Source of the DNA: an uncultured virus (IMG/VR IMGVR_UViG_3300042465_007039)
Taxonomy: Duplodnaviria > Heunggongvirae > Uroviricota > Caudoviricetes
IMG/VR virus record: IMGVR_UViG_3300042465_007039
Coordinates: 1-64,000 of that record
DNA: 64,000 nt
Direction: 5' to 3' (one strand)
Below, in pieces: positions 30,401-39,667 of the stretch. The notes under the pieces are model-generated. The model was not told where the DNA came from, ran no database searches, and was given only the letters and a program-made list of their open reading frames with translations. The position numbers were made by a program, and so were the translations under genes. How positions within the stretch are numbered: position 1 is the first letter of the stretch; each line of letters starts with the position of its first letter.

Positions 30401-31811
30401 GGTCGAGCCAGACGGCAGCCTGATTCCCAGTGACAGCGATGACGCAGGCCTGGAGTTTGTGAGCCCTCCCTTGCCCATTGACGAAATGATCAGTGATCTA
30501 AACAAGGTCAAGGCCTGGGCTGATCAACGAGGCTGCTATACCAGTAAAGCTGCCAAAACAGGCCTACACATCAATGTGAGTGTGCCAGGCTTTGACAATG
30601 ACAAACTGGACTATGTCAAGCTGGCGCTGTTGCTGGGCGACGAGTATGTGCTGAATCAATTTGGTCGACTTGGCAACAGCTATGCAAACAGCGCCATGGG
30701 CATAATCAAAGAGCGAATTGCTCAACGGCCCGAAGATGCTGCTGCCATGTTGCAAAAAATGAAAACAGGTCTGGGTGAGCTGGCCAGCAAAGTTGTACAC
30801 AGCGGCACAACCAGTAAATTTACCAGTATCAACACCAAGGATGGATATATTGAATTTCGTAGTCCCGGTGGTGATTGGTTGGGTGACAATTTTGACAAGA
30901 TTGAAACCACTCTGATGAGATTTGTGGTGGCACTGGATGCTGCCATGGATCCTGCAAAGTATCGTGATGAGTACTTGAAGAAACTGTACACTGTGCTCAA
31001 GCCCAAAGATCAGAATGATACCTTGAGTTATTTTGCTAAATTTGCTGCCGGTGAATTGCCCAAGGCTGCACTAAAGAGTTTTATCAAACAAGCACAACTG
31101 GAGCGCAAAGGCAAAAAGAGCAGTGGTGACTCTGCATATACTGCAATCCCCAGCAGTGGAAATCAGAAATACGAAATACAACGCACAGCCAATAATGAAA
31201 TTGTGGGCACATTCAACGCAGACAGCGATACTGATGCCAATGCAGTTGCTCGCCAATGGATGGCAGACAATGGACTACAGCGAGTTGATTTTAGATTAAA
31301 TCGTGCAACAGGACAAGAACGAGCCGAACAGCGAGCCGGAGTCAGCAACTACAAAATCTATCAAATTTCTGATGGTAGAACAGTGGGCACATTCTATGCT
31401 GCCGATCAGGCTCAAGCTGACTCTGAATTCACTGACTGGTTGATGAGTCCCGAAGCCGGTGGCAGAGACGACTTTAGATACGCACCAATTGACACCCCAA
31501 TTCAAGGTCTTGCCGCCAGCACCCCGCGACCGCGGTCTGACATCATTGACATCGAGCCAGATGTAGAGCAGAACTTTGTGCCTGGATCGACCCTGGATCT
31601 GCAACGACAACGACAAGCAGCACAGCAATCTGCTGCTGGAACATTTAGAGGCACCTGGGCAATCAAGGACAGTCAAGGCAACACACTACACACCTTCGGC
31701 GGAATCGGCAATGCACAAGCAGATGCCAACAGAGTTGCAGCAGGTTGGCTGGCCCGTGCAGGATATCAAGACGGCCTTGAAGTTGCGGTTGTTCCTGTGA
31801 TGGAGCCGTAA
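27408..31811 (+). CDS. large modular polyprotein: nucleotidyltransferase + HExxH metallopeptidase-like + Tat-M48 peptidase + putative amidoligase + C-terminal repeats
   Basis: GSNA...SDIDLH; AHEMVH...ENEANA; RRGVL signal and HELGH...ELDADEFA...THP; GMEFE...DGSL...LEFVSP...GLHIN...IEFR. Confidence 0.8.
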   Translation: MNIEELDAYNLDDAVKFHDHLNPRLWDSREQLRPEVRVKLLEIAADFEEFLGLNDVSVQDITISGSNAAYSYTNHSDIDLHLVVAMPQGSSADVYRELFDAKKYQYNNLHNIRIGAADVELYVQDADQPHHSQGIYSVRNNQWISVPRRRSADVNDSAVQRKYQDLGTRIENILSSSDHEQLARMMTKIKTMRAAGLEREGEFGVDNIVFKLLRNNGLIKRLVDARSAARDAELSLNERKRKKKSSRVRYGYGGYWTPGYNFGGTELGGDSGGGDGGGGESVREASTPDGVSASTKMFLEQDSVSTTDIVQDFVSFCVGELGIQQQPQLRLRRDPAWSQRNHSFGQFDPASNKLNVSMANRHVMDILRTVAHEMVHYHQQEQQDLPPNAGATGSKYENEANARAGELMRNYGQQHPELFEPGAVAEGWRKQQQNESSGYIPTKKERNDPRFSMALSPDVQPGATGKNANKLALKTNTQGQPGLLMKTVNLRESTKTNLSEIDRRGVLKAIGAGAVATAVPGVAQAGPFVDVAALGKSNPEQAQKVWTPRYQELTTRCQNIMRRLIAAAGPKWAPLLKGTTIRVVSSDNYAQASAISRMIAIDLSVFWDAPDAALAFTIAHELGHIALEHGAGTDDESADYKTQLRVAALYRQGELDADEFAVRICKTLGYNKAEVFKFIAQNEAELQMFDLLTQSPTSTHPSQKTRIDRARMNGFQLSRGGIEQMNVLKQHLAEHDTVHSDLIENLQQEFALFEEQDLFEINMSPTNLKKLAAQTGARAGMEFEMIVPGIEGGEDAEQEPDYDADENVMSIEDAAQFFFDGDFNGRRDIQRLRESMSEDYQTWLGDAWMEHFETYKTTIVFRFGKENWEEAQIAEIMGLDEAETEALETRGATPEDYMDAAEKVIADGLDPWLNDAQEDAQEEYYDEDHEDDWLASEGIRSMSDVSSQYNIMWPYWSSGSNEGAGIESVADEFREAIGRKVNWSDSYHGGKREPNTYVVEPDGSLIPSDSDDAGLEFVSPPLPIDEMISDLNKVKAWADQRGCYTSKAAKTGLHINVSVPGFDNDKLDYVKLALLLGDEYVLNQFGRLGNSYANSAMGIIKERIAQRPEDAAAMLQKMKTGLGELASKVVHSGTTSKFTSINTKDGYIEFRSPGGDWLGDNFDKIETTLMRFVVALDAAMDPAKYRDEYLKKLYTVLKPKDQNDTLSYFAKFAAGELPKAALKSFIKQAQLERKGKKSSGDSAYTAIPSSGNQKYEIQRTANNEIVGTFNADSDTDANAVARQWMADNGLQRVDFRLNRATGQERAEQRAGVSNYKIYQISDGRTVGTFYAADQAQADSEFTDWLMSPEAGGRDDFRYAPIDTPIQGLAASTPRPRSDIIDIEPDVEQNFVPGSTLDLQRQRQAAQQSAAGTFRGTWAIKDSQGNTLHTFGGIGNAQADANRVAAGWLARAGYQDGLEVAVVPVMEP

Positions 31812-33337
31812 TGAGAGCAAAAGAATTCATCATTGTCGAATACAGAGATAGACTGTTGCAATATGTAAAGAGTTTGTTACCTAACTACCCAGAGTATGTT
31901 CTTAAAGATTGGTTAGTACCCAACAAAGGCAACTTTAGCAATTTGCCAGACACAGAACTCAAAAATGGCATAATGGAAAAATTAAAAGGGGCAGGACTTA
32001 CTCCTAACACCAAATGGCAACTTGTTCCTGACATGAAGTTTACTATGGATATGTTTGAGCCAATGACCACTAAACGATTGATAGGTCGTGCTGGTGGAAA
32101 CAGTGATATGGGCTTAGATGTACCACGAGACAAAGAAAGACACGCAACTCAAGCAGCATTAGCACAACAACAAGGTGGTGTGCGTAAAGAACCAGTGCTA
32201 TTAATAAAAACAGACAAGGGCTACGAATTGTTAGAAGGGTGGCATAGAACTATACAACACTTTGCCAAGTATCCAGATGGCTATACAGGTCCTGCTTATG
32301 TGGCAGTGGCTCAAGGTCAGCTGAGTCTAGCAGAAGGTGCAACAGTAACACGAATTGATTCTAAACCTATCACAGATTTTTCGTCTAGTCTCAAAGCATA
32401 CAAGCATACAGATGATTGGAGTCAGAGTGGTTTAGATACAGGTGACGATAGTTATTGGAAAAATAAAAATCTCAAAACTAACACTACCAAAGGATTGTTT
32501 GCTGGTGATCCACGTAGAACAGCACTATACGCCACAGGCAATGCACATGAAACACGCTATGTAGAGTTTACGCAAAACGGCCAACCTATTGTTTATTTTG
32601 ACCAAAAAGATTTGCCAGCAATGCGTAGTCGTAAAACTTACTTGACTGTGTTTGATGCTAGCGATTTCAGACAATTACCAACAGGTGAATGGTTTAGTGA
32701 AAATCCTAGTAAACCTATCAAGCAGGTGCCCATTGGCGATCCATTCAAATATATTGCTAGTCAAGGGTGGATAGTCCGTGTTACTGATGATTTAGACAAA
32801 GTATTCAAACAAGTAAAAAACATGCACAAAGCAGGTAAAATTGCTCAATATGGTGCAGAGGGTATGAATGAAAGTAAACAAGGTGTAGCGGAAGACCTAA
32901 CTGAAGTAGTCGATCTTGACACAGCATTTCCACTGAAGTGGGATCAACAGTTTGCGGCACAGGGCGAGATTCATGCAGCAGCAACAGATGCTGACGGCAG
33001 AGAAATTGGCATATCGTTTACCCCAGCAGGCAACGGTGAAATAACCGATGTGGCATTTACTCGTGGCGGCACACATGAGATGACTGGCCGGGGAGATGCA
33101 GGTCGAGTAATGGCCACTGTGATCAATGCCATCAACCTCTATACAAAAAAATATAAACCACCATATCTAGCGTTCAGTGCCAAGTCAGGTGGTGGTAGAT
33201 CCGGTGCATACACAGCAATGATTCGGCGCCATGCACAAGGATATGAACTGTTGCCCACCGATAAATACCCAGCTGCCTTGAACAACTATCTTGAGTTCAT
33301 TGGCACAGATCAACCATTTGTATTGGCCCGAACATGA
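31811..33337 (+). CDS. modular protein with N-terminal ParB/Srx-like domain and two further cassettes
   Basis: MRAKEF leader; EPVLL...YELLEGWHR; junctions SLAE, MNE, QGVAE, LTE. Confidence 0.7.
   Translation: MRAKEFIIVEYRDRLLQYVKSLLPNYPEYVLKDWLVPNKGNFSNLPDTELKNGIMEKLKGAGLTPNTKWQLVPDMKFTMDMFEPMTTKRLIGRAGGNSDMGLDVPRDKERHATQAALAQQQGGVRKEPVLLIKTDKGYELLEGWHRTIQHFAKYPDGYTGPAYVAVAQGQLSLAEGATVTRIDSKPITDFSSSLKAYKHTDDWSQSGLDTGDDSYWKNKNLKTNTTKGLFAGDPRRTALYATGNAHETRYVEFTQNGQPIVYFDQKDLPAMRSRKTYLTVFDASDFRQLPTGEWFSENPSKPIKQVPIGDPFKYIASQGWIVRVTDDLDKVFKQVKNMHKAGKIAQYGAEGMNESKQGVAEDLTEVVDLDTAFPLKWDQQFAAQGEIHAAATDADGREIGISFTPAGNGEITDVAFTRGGTHEMTGRGDAGRVMATVINAINLYTKKYKPPYLAFSAKSGGGRSGAYTAMIRRHAQGYELLPTDKYPAALNNYLEFIGTDQPFVLART
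32879..32893 (+). repeat. junction repeat CAAGGTGTAGCGGAA (QGVAE)
   Basis: Copy of the 10674 repeat. Confidence 0.85.
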
Positions 33338-33537
33338 GAGCACATGAGTTTTTACTAAAAGAAGGTGTGGCGCCGGGATTTGATGTGTACATGGCCCGGG
33401 TCAAGGTCAAAAATCCCATGTACTCTAGCAGCATTGACGTTGCTGTTTTTGCCAAATCGCCTGCCATGGCCAGACTTTTGTTGCAGGGTCAGTATGGCAC
33501 AGACAGTGTGGTCAGCAACGTAACTAAAATTTCTTGA
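33334..33537 (+). CDS. small hypothetical protein
   Basis: MRAHEFLLKE leader. Confidence 0.7.
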   Translation: MRAHEFLLKEGVAPGFDVYMARVKVKNPMYSSSIDVAVFAKSPAMARLLLQGQYGTDSVVSNVTKIS

Positions 33538-33563
33538 CATTTGTAGGTCTGATACATACACAC

Positions 33564-34406
33564 ATGATTGATGTTATCACTGTGGTATTTAGAGACGAGT
33601 TGAAGATTCTGCAGGCACAAGCAGAAAGTGTTGCACGTTATTGCAAGCAACTGGACATAGGCAACATCTACGTTGTGGTCAACGACGAAGACAATATCAC
33701 CCAGTTGATCAACGGAAGTTGGTGGGGAGAATTGCACGATCGTGTGATTGTTACTCCTAGGTCTGTTTTTTCCACTCAATGGCACAGCAATGGATGGGTC
33801 AGTCAACAAGCACTCAAGCTAATGACTGCCAGCATCAGCTATGGTCATTACAGCATGATTCTAGATGCTAAAACTATATTTGTTCGAGAACTCACACTAG
33901 ACAAATTGTTCAATCAATCAGCACAGTTGCAAATAGGACAACTAGATGTGTCTCCTGTGTTTGAACCCAGTCGAAAAATAGTCAACCAGCTCTGGAACAT
34001 TGACTTGCAAAAACAAGCAGGTCCAGGTGGTGTGCCATTCTTTGTAAGCAACGACGTTGTACGTGCCATGATTGCAGATGTGTATGCATACACCCATCAA
34101 AATTTTCCCACCTGGTTTCAAAGTCAAGGCATGGTAACAGAATTCATATTGTATTCGGGCTACATTGTGAAAGGTGCAGGCAGTCTTGACGTATTATACA
34201 GCCAACACAACCACATAGGTGGCATAGTCAATGTGTGTCATTCAGAAATTGCTGCCTGGGATCGCAAGTTTGCTGAAATGAAAAATCCCAACACTCTTAC
34301 TGTGAGTGTGCATCGTGGTGCCTGGGTAAAGATGACTTCTGAGCAACAGCAACAATATCAAATGTTCTTGATTGATCACGGAGTAACACAAGCATGGCAA
34401 ATATAA
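33564..34406 (+). CDS. glycosyltransferase-like protein (DUF6492-like)
   Basis: GWVSQQALKL, ILDAK, TEFILY; paralog of 36804..37682. Confidence 0.55.
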   Translation: MIDVITVVFRDELKILQAQAESVARYCKQLDIGNIYVVVNDEDNITQLINGSWWGELHDRVIVTPRSVFSTQWHSNGWVSQQALKLMTASISYGHYSMILDAKTIFVRELTLDKLFNQSAQLQIGQLDVSPVFEPSRKIVNQLWNIDLQKQAGPGGVPFFVSNDVVRAMIADVYAYTHQNFPTWFQSQGMVTEFILYSGYIVKGAGSLDVLYSQHNHIGGIVNVCHSEIAAWDRKFAEMKNPNTLTVSVHRGAWVKMTSEQQQQYQMFLIDHGVTQAWQI

Positions 34407-34933
34407 AAGCTCTGTGCATGGTAGCTCATCCTGATGACTGTGTGATCTTTGCCTACAGCTATATCCATGCTCATATTGAAATGGACTGGACCATTGGATA
34501 TCTAACCTACACACCACAAGATCCACGTGGTGCAGAACTTGCTGCATTTTGGCACCGGCGTGGTATTGAATGTGTGTTTTTGGGCTTTGAAGATCACTGG
34601 CATGACAATGAACAAAATCAACTCACACGTTGGAATAAGGCAGAGGCACAACATGCATGTTGGGAACTAGCACGTGACTATAACCTAGTGCTCACACACG
34701 ACAAACATGGTGACTACGGACACATACATCATAAGCTGGTGCATGACGCTGTAACACATCATCACAATGTGATCACGTTTGCTCCGCACAATCAAGGCAC
34801 AGTCACATTGTCAATACCTGCAGAAACATACAGTCTAACTGAATTACCACTGCATGGTGAAATCATTTCCAGCTTTCATCTGACTCAGCACAAAAATAGT
34901 TATACAGAACCACACAAGGAAATAGCCCCATGA
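34394..34933 (+). CDS. PIG-L/LmbE-family deacetylase
   Basis: VAHPDD, LTHD..GDYGHIHH. Confidence 0.8.
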   Translation: MANIKALCMVAHPDDCVIFAYSYIHAHIEMDWTIGYLTYTPQDPRGAELAAFWHRRGIECVFLGFEDHWHDNEQNQLTRWNKAEAQHACWELARDYNLVLTHDKHGDYGHIHHKLVHDAVTHHHNVITFAPHNQGTVTLSIPAETYSLTELPLHGEIISSFHLTQHKNSYTEPHKEIAP

Positions 34934-35742
34934 AACTAATGGTAGCAGGGTGCAGTTATTCTGCAACAAGCCAACGCCTGCCAGGCACCAGCTGGAGTGA
35001 ATTATTGGCCAATCAGCTGGGCTGGGACCTGACAAATCTAGCACGGCAAGGCTGCAGCAACGGAGGAGTGCGTGTGCAGATTGACGAAATACTTAGACAA
35101 CAGCCAGACTTTGCCATTGTCACGCCCACGTTCTGGGACAGAATGGAAATACCAGCCACTGCTGCTCCGTTTGATTGGAAAAAAAGCACCAGTGGCTGGA
35201 ACCCTGACGTGCAGCGACACTTGCAGGACCGAACTCTCAAGAACGGCTATGATCGTGCAGCTGGTATCAACAATGTCAACTACGGCAACAACAACTACAA
35301 CATGATCTGTGAGACTATCTATACCTTGGCCGAAAACTTTGATCATCCTTATAGATCTGGTCTCATATCCAAAACAGCACAGACTGCCATACGTCACTGG
35401 GTTGATGGTATCTATGACTCAGAGTGGAAAAAGCAACAAGACGAGTGGATCATCAAGTCAGGTATATTTGAACTGTATCATGCAGGCATCAACTTCTTGT
35501 TTGTGCCTGTGCTGCTGTGGCCGTTTGATCCTGACCTAGGCGAAAAACAGTGGCAACAGGTGATTTCCACCGCTGTGCCTGATCGCAACGTGATGTCAAA
35601 CGAACCTGAAAGTGTGCTGCCCATATGTGGCAACAATCCGTTTGATGGTGAAGATCCAGGTTATCATTCAGGCACACGTGGCCAAGAAATCATTGCCGAC
35701 AATTACTATCAACGAATCAGTCGAGACTTTGGTCTTGTGTAA
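34930..35742 (+). CDS. SGNH-hydrolase-like protein
   Basis: GCSYS, NLARQGCSN, C-terminal GYH. Confidence 0.6.
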   Translation: MKLMVAGCSYSATSQRLPGTSWSELLANQLGWDLTNLARQGCSNGGVRVQIDEILRQQPDFAIVTPTFWDRMEIPATAAPFDWKKSTSGWNPDVQRHLQDRTLKNGYDRAAGINNVNYGNNNYNMICETIYTLAENFDHPYRSGLISKTAQTAIRHWVDGIYDSEWKKQQDEWIIKSGIFELYHAGINFLFVPVLLWPFDPDLGEKQWQQVISTAVPDRNVMSNEPESVLPICGNNPFDGEDPGYHSGTRGQEIIADNYYQRISRDFGLV

Positions 35743-36820
35743 TGCACTGTGTGGGAATGTGCCGAGTCAGTAGTGCGTTGACCGCAGCACGAGCACGTGA
35801 TTCTGTCTGCAGCAAGTGGCCATGATTGTGTTGCAACACTGGCTTTAGTTTTGCATATACCTCTGCAGGATCAATATTTTGCAATTTGATCAACTGGTCA
35901 AATGCAAGACTCCATCTTTCATGATTGTTGTCCACAGTATCGTAGGTTTCGTCAATCACACTGTCAAACGTTTGATACCCCAGGTGTCTGAGTTGAGTCA
36001 AAAAGCCCTTGATACCAAATACCAAAAACGGTCTCTGAGCAAACATGGGCTTGCTGATCTTTTCGGCCATGAAGAATATTGACCCGTCACACACTGACTC
36101 AGCTGCCACAGAGTACCAAGAATTTTTATAAATGTTCCAGGGCACATGCTGACTCACACTGCTGGTCATGTGTGTTGCAACTTCCCATTCAGGCTGTAGG
36201 TTCTCACCAACATAAGGCCATTGCAACTGCACATTGGGAAACAGTGATTTCACCTGATGGCTGCGATCATCTACTACACTGCCGGCAAATACATCTCGAT
36301 AGGTCACTAGGTTAGCGTCCAGCAGCTGATGTTGCTGCAGACTCAGCATCACAAAATCTCGGTTGGGGCGGCGACTGCCCAACAACACATCAAACACAAG
36401 AGGTCTTGGTGTGTTGGCGTCCAATGGTTGCCAGGTATTGTACTTGATGTCTCTGTGATAAATCCACCAGGGACGGTATGCACACCTAGTACTGTCCATT
36501 GGCTGTTGGGTGTCATATCCACCCTGCAGCAGTGCCCAATTTTGTATGCGGTTTTCTTGTATCCATTGATCAATCCATTCTCGTGGGCGATACTCGATGT
36601 CACTCAACAGCACAAGATCAAATTGACTCAGGTCAACACAGTCAGCCTCGGGCGTGTAGGCAAAATCATTGGGCCTGTTGAACATCACGGGCACAGCAGC
36701 CACACGAAATGACTGGGACAACACTGTGCTAACATCAGCACAGTCCTGTGGGTCAATGAACCAGTCCTGTGCACAGTTGACCGCATGTTGCCAGGCCCAT
36801 ATTTTAATGTTGAATTTCAC
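35717..36820 (-). CDS. GT-B-like (GT10/fucosyltransferase-like) protein
   Basis: SVAAES, EKISKP, LGYQTF...DETYD pattern. Confidence 0.5.
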   Translation of the reverse strand: MKFNIKIWAWQHAVNCAQDWFIDPQDCADVSTVLSQSFRVAAVPVMFNRPNDFAYTPEADCVDLSQFDLVLLSDIEYRPREWIDQWIQENRIQNWALLQGGYDTQQPMDSTRCAYRPWWIYHRDIKYNTWQPLDANTPRPLVFDVLLGSRRPNRDFVMLSLQQHQLLDANLVTYRDVFAGSVVDDRSHQVKSLFPNVQLQWPYVGENLQPEWEVATHMTSSVSQHVPWNIYKNSWYSVAAESVCDGSIFFMAEKISKPMFAQRPFLVFGIKGFLTQLRHLGYQTFDSVIDETYDTVDNNHERWSLAFDQLIKLQNIDPAEVYAKLKPVLQHNHGHLLQTESRARAAVNALLTRHIPTQCITQDQSLD

Positions 36821-37682
36821 ACAGTCTTTCTAGTACAATATTTTTGTAGTGATCAAAATTGGGAATATCCAAGGTGTCCCAGTTGATCTGCATGCTGAGA
36901 CTCAAATCAGGCACTGCATCGCACACAGCATTGTGTACCGCATCAAAGTCAGCAATTTTTTCCAGGCTGTCGTATTCAAATCTTCGTTGCGGTTGCAACA
37001 CCACATGGCCACACACAGTGGCCCAATTGCCCAGCAATTCATATTCTGAAAACCACTTGATGATGTTGCCTGTGCCCCAAGGCAGTACCGTGGGCATGCC
37101 AGGCACAGTATCAATCACAGCATCCAACCATTTTTTGTTGGGCCAACATGCCTCGAGATGTTGTTTTAGCAACACAAAATCTTGTTTACGCACAGCACAC
37201 AGTTCTGTCACAAAGCAGTGCGGGCTTGGATGAGCAATGCCAGTAATGGCTTCAAACACTCCGTTGTAGCTGCCTTGCTGAGTGTTCATGATGGCCAGCA
37301 TGTTGAGTTGGCCATTGACCACAGGTGAATAATCTTGGATCATAAACGTGTCAGCGTCTTGCATGAGCATGACATCTGCGTCCAGAAGATCCAGGTAAGC
37401 CAGTTTGATAGCCTGCTGGCGCAGCCACCAGCCTCGATAGTCATCAGGAAACACCCAATGGTTGACTTCGGGATACTGATCATAGATTACTTGATCATTG
37501 ACGTATACAAACTTTGAACTGTCAATGCCATACCTTGCCCACACAGGTTCTAGTTCATCACGAGTCATGGGTGTGGCAATCACTGTGTGATCTATGTCTT
37601 TGAGATAATGATCAAACTGCATGGCAAACGCTGCATGCGGAACTCGATATCGTGCCAGAAACAAAACTCTAACAATTTTCAT
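36804..37682 (-). CDS. glycosyltransferase-like protein (DUF6492-like)
   Basis: WLRQQAIKL, QDAD (DxD), FSEYELLGN. Confidence 0.6.
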   Translation of the reverse strand: MKIVRVLFLARYRVPHAAFAMQFDHYLKDIDHTVIATPMTRDELEPVWARYGIDSSKFVYVNDQVIYDQYPEVNHWVFPDDYRGWWLRQQAIKLAYLDLLDADVMLMQDADTFMIQDYSPVVNGQLNMLAIMNTQQGSYNGVFEAITGIAHPSPHCFVTELCAVRKQDFVLLKQHLEACWPNKKWLDAVIDTVPGMPTVLPWGTGNIIKWFSEYELLGNWATVCGHVVLQPQRRFEYDSLEKIADFDAVHNAVCDAVPDLSLSMQINWDTLDIPNFDHYKNIVLERLCEIQH

Positions 37683-38290
37683 ATCAAGTCTTTTATTTGA
37701 TCTCTATGCCACAGTGCTAGGCAGCGACCTTGGCCTGATTCAAATTCAAAAATTTGATTCACTGGCTCGGGAAAATTCCAGGGAGCAATGCACCAGTTGA
37801 TCTCCGATGCTGGAAAATTATTGTTATATGTCACATCAGTGTTTTGAGAAATATACGGACTTTGTGTAATTAGTAACCAGGGCACTGCACTGTTAATCCA
37901 ATTTTTTATAACCAAATGTCTATCCTGATTGTTTAAATGCAGTGTTACATCTCTAACAAACAACACATCAACCCCAGGAATAGGGTCAGTAGTTATATCG
38001 TGCAGTATCACATTCAGGTGCGGAGATCTTGTCCAGGCTTGGGATACCATCGACAGGCTGATGTCTCCACCTTGGTACTCAAATTCTGGAAAATGAAATG
38101 TTCGAATCCATTCGCAATTGTTACATCCAGCATCAAACATTTTTTTTATATTGTGTTTTTTAAACAGAATCAACAACTCATCTCGAATTTTTCTGGTACC
38201 ATCAATGCTGCTGGCACCAGTGGAATTATCTCTACTGGTATCCAATGCATTGTAGAAATTTGAAAAAAGTTTTTGTAGATATAAATTCAT
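37679..38290 (-). CDS. class I SAM-dependent methyltransferase
   Basis: FDAGC motif I, GGDIS, RDVTLHL. Confidence 0.75.
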   Translation of the reverse strand: MNLYLQKLFSNFYNALDTSRDNSTGASSIDGTRKIRDELLILFKKHNIKKMFDAGCNNCEWIRTFHFPEFEYQGGDISLSMVSQAWTRSPHLNVILHDITTDPIPGVDVLFVRDVTLHLNNQDRHLVIKNWINSAVPWLLITQSPYISQNTDVTYNNNFPASEINWCIAPWNFPEPVNQIFEFESGQGRCLALWHRDQIKDLI

Positions 38291-39318
38291 GATTGCCCAC
38301 AACTGTTGACGCAGGTATACAGTCTTCCGGCCGCAATGGACTCTTTGGCCCAGGATTGTTCCACCTGATCAAACCAGGTCAAGCAGTGCTCAAGATCATG
38401 TTCAAGAGCATTGTTTTGGTGTATCATTGGCCGGGTCTGATCGTTACCTGGGTGTTTCATTGTGTCAGGATAAAATCCAAGATAGCAACAAGGATACACT
38501 GCGCCATCCGCAGCAATATAAATTTCTCTATTCATCTTGTGAATGCAGCGTAGGTTCAAGGGAGTGACGTCTTTGGCACTGTGTACGGTTCGAGCATCAA
38601 ACCAGGTGATATGACTGTGCACCATGTCTTGAATGTTGGGAATGGCTGCAGCGGGGATTGAGTCTGGGCCTATCTGATGACTGTACTCTCCGGTGCGAGT
38701 AAACACTGGGGTTGAATCACGACCGTCATGAATATTTTCAAAGTTTGAGAATCCAAGTTTTTTTGCCAATGCACGGCAGTCTGCTTCTTGATGCTGATTG
38801 TGAGCAAAAGGAACAAATCTCCATACAGCTTGCCCACCTGCTGCAATAAGTGCTTGAGCATTGTTGATAATTTTGTTCCAACTGGTATCTTGTCGATACA
38901 GACTATGAGTGTCCTCTAAGCCATCTAGTGCAAAACCAACAGTCACTCGAGGGTGTGCAAGTTGTGCCCACCAAGCAGTGTTTCTTAAACTACCATTGGT
39001 GTTGACGTGCACGTTTACATTTTGATCTGTCAAGTATTTTACAATTTCAACAGCATCCCGAGCACTGGCAAAATCCCCAAGATTGCCGTTGAAACTAACT
39101 CCTTGGAACCCGTAACTGAACAAATCTAAAGGTCTCATGATCATGGCCAGCACAGCAGGTGTAAGTATGTGCTTGAATTGTTCAAGGCTTAGTTCACAAT
39201 CTGGATAACCTGAATTGTATTCAAATCCTCGATAGTTCCGCATGCACATGGGGCAGCGAGCGTTACAGCGTGTGGTCAGTTCCACATGGATTCTACGTAC
39301 TTGATCTAGAGTGAGCAT
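38287..39318 (-). CDS. radical SAM protein with SPASM/twitch-like C-terminus
   Basis: CNARCPMC, NTNGS, DGL, DGAVYPCC, C-terminal CxxxC; TAAATA 4 nt upstream of ATG. Confidence 0.9.
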   Translation of the reverse strand: MLTLDQVRRIHVELTTRCNARCPMCMRNYRGFEYNSGYPDCELSLEQFKHILTPAVLAMIMRPLDLFSYGFQGVSFNGNLGDFASARDAVEIVKYLTDQNVNVHVNTNGSLRNTAWWAQLAHPRVTVGFALDGLEDTHSLYRQDTSWNKIINNAQALIAAGGQAVWRFVPFAHNQHQEADCRALAKKLGFSNFENIHDGRDSTPVFTRTGEYSHQIGPDSIPAAAIPNIQDMVHSHITWFDARTVHSAKDVTPLNLRCIHKMNREIYIAADGAVYPCCYLGFYPDTMKHPGNDQTRPMIHQNNALEHDLEHCLTWFDQVEQSWAKESIAAGRLYTCVNSCGQS

Positions 39319-39322
39319 GGAA

Positions 39323-39350
39323 TATTTATAGGCGTACATTTTGCTAAATA
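39323..39350. promoter_or_regulatory. back-to-back late promoters
   Basis: TATTTA at 39323-39328 (minus) and TAAATA at 39345-39350 (plus), each 4-5 nt from an ATG. Confidence 0.65.
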
Positions 39351-39355
39351 TTCTT

Positions 39356-39667
39356 ATGCAAAAAGAATTTGTTATTGCCAAGTGCGATGTTTACTGCCGA
39401 TGGACTGGTCCTTATCCCAGGTACCGTTGCTATATAAATGACGAGTTGTTTTCAGAACGCACCTGGATCTGGCACGATGTGTACCTGGAAGAAAGCCTGC
39501 AGATTCTGGCAGAACCAGGCAAGTACACTGTGCGAGTCGAGCTACTAGATACCGAACATGCCACAATCAAGGTACGTAATCTGCGTGTGGACACAGGTCC
39601 CGGCGTTATGGCCCCCGACGGTCGAGTGCACATTTATATTCCGGAGAAGCCCAATGCGAGCACATGA
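39356..39667 (+). CDS. hypothetical protein
   Basis: ORF after TAAATA. Confidence 0.7.
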   Translation: MQKEFVIAKCDVYCRWTGPYPRYRCYINDELFSERTWIWHDVYLEESLQILAEPGKYTVRVELLDTEHATIKVRNLRVDTGPGVMAPDGRVHIYIPEKPNAST

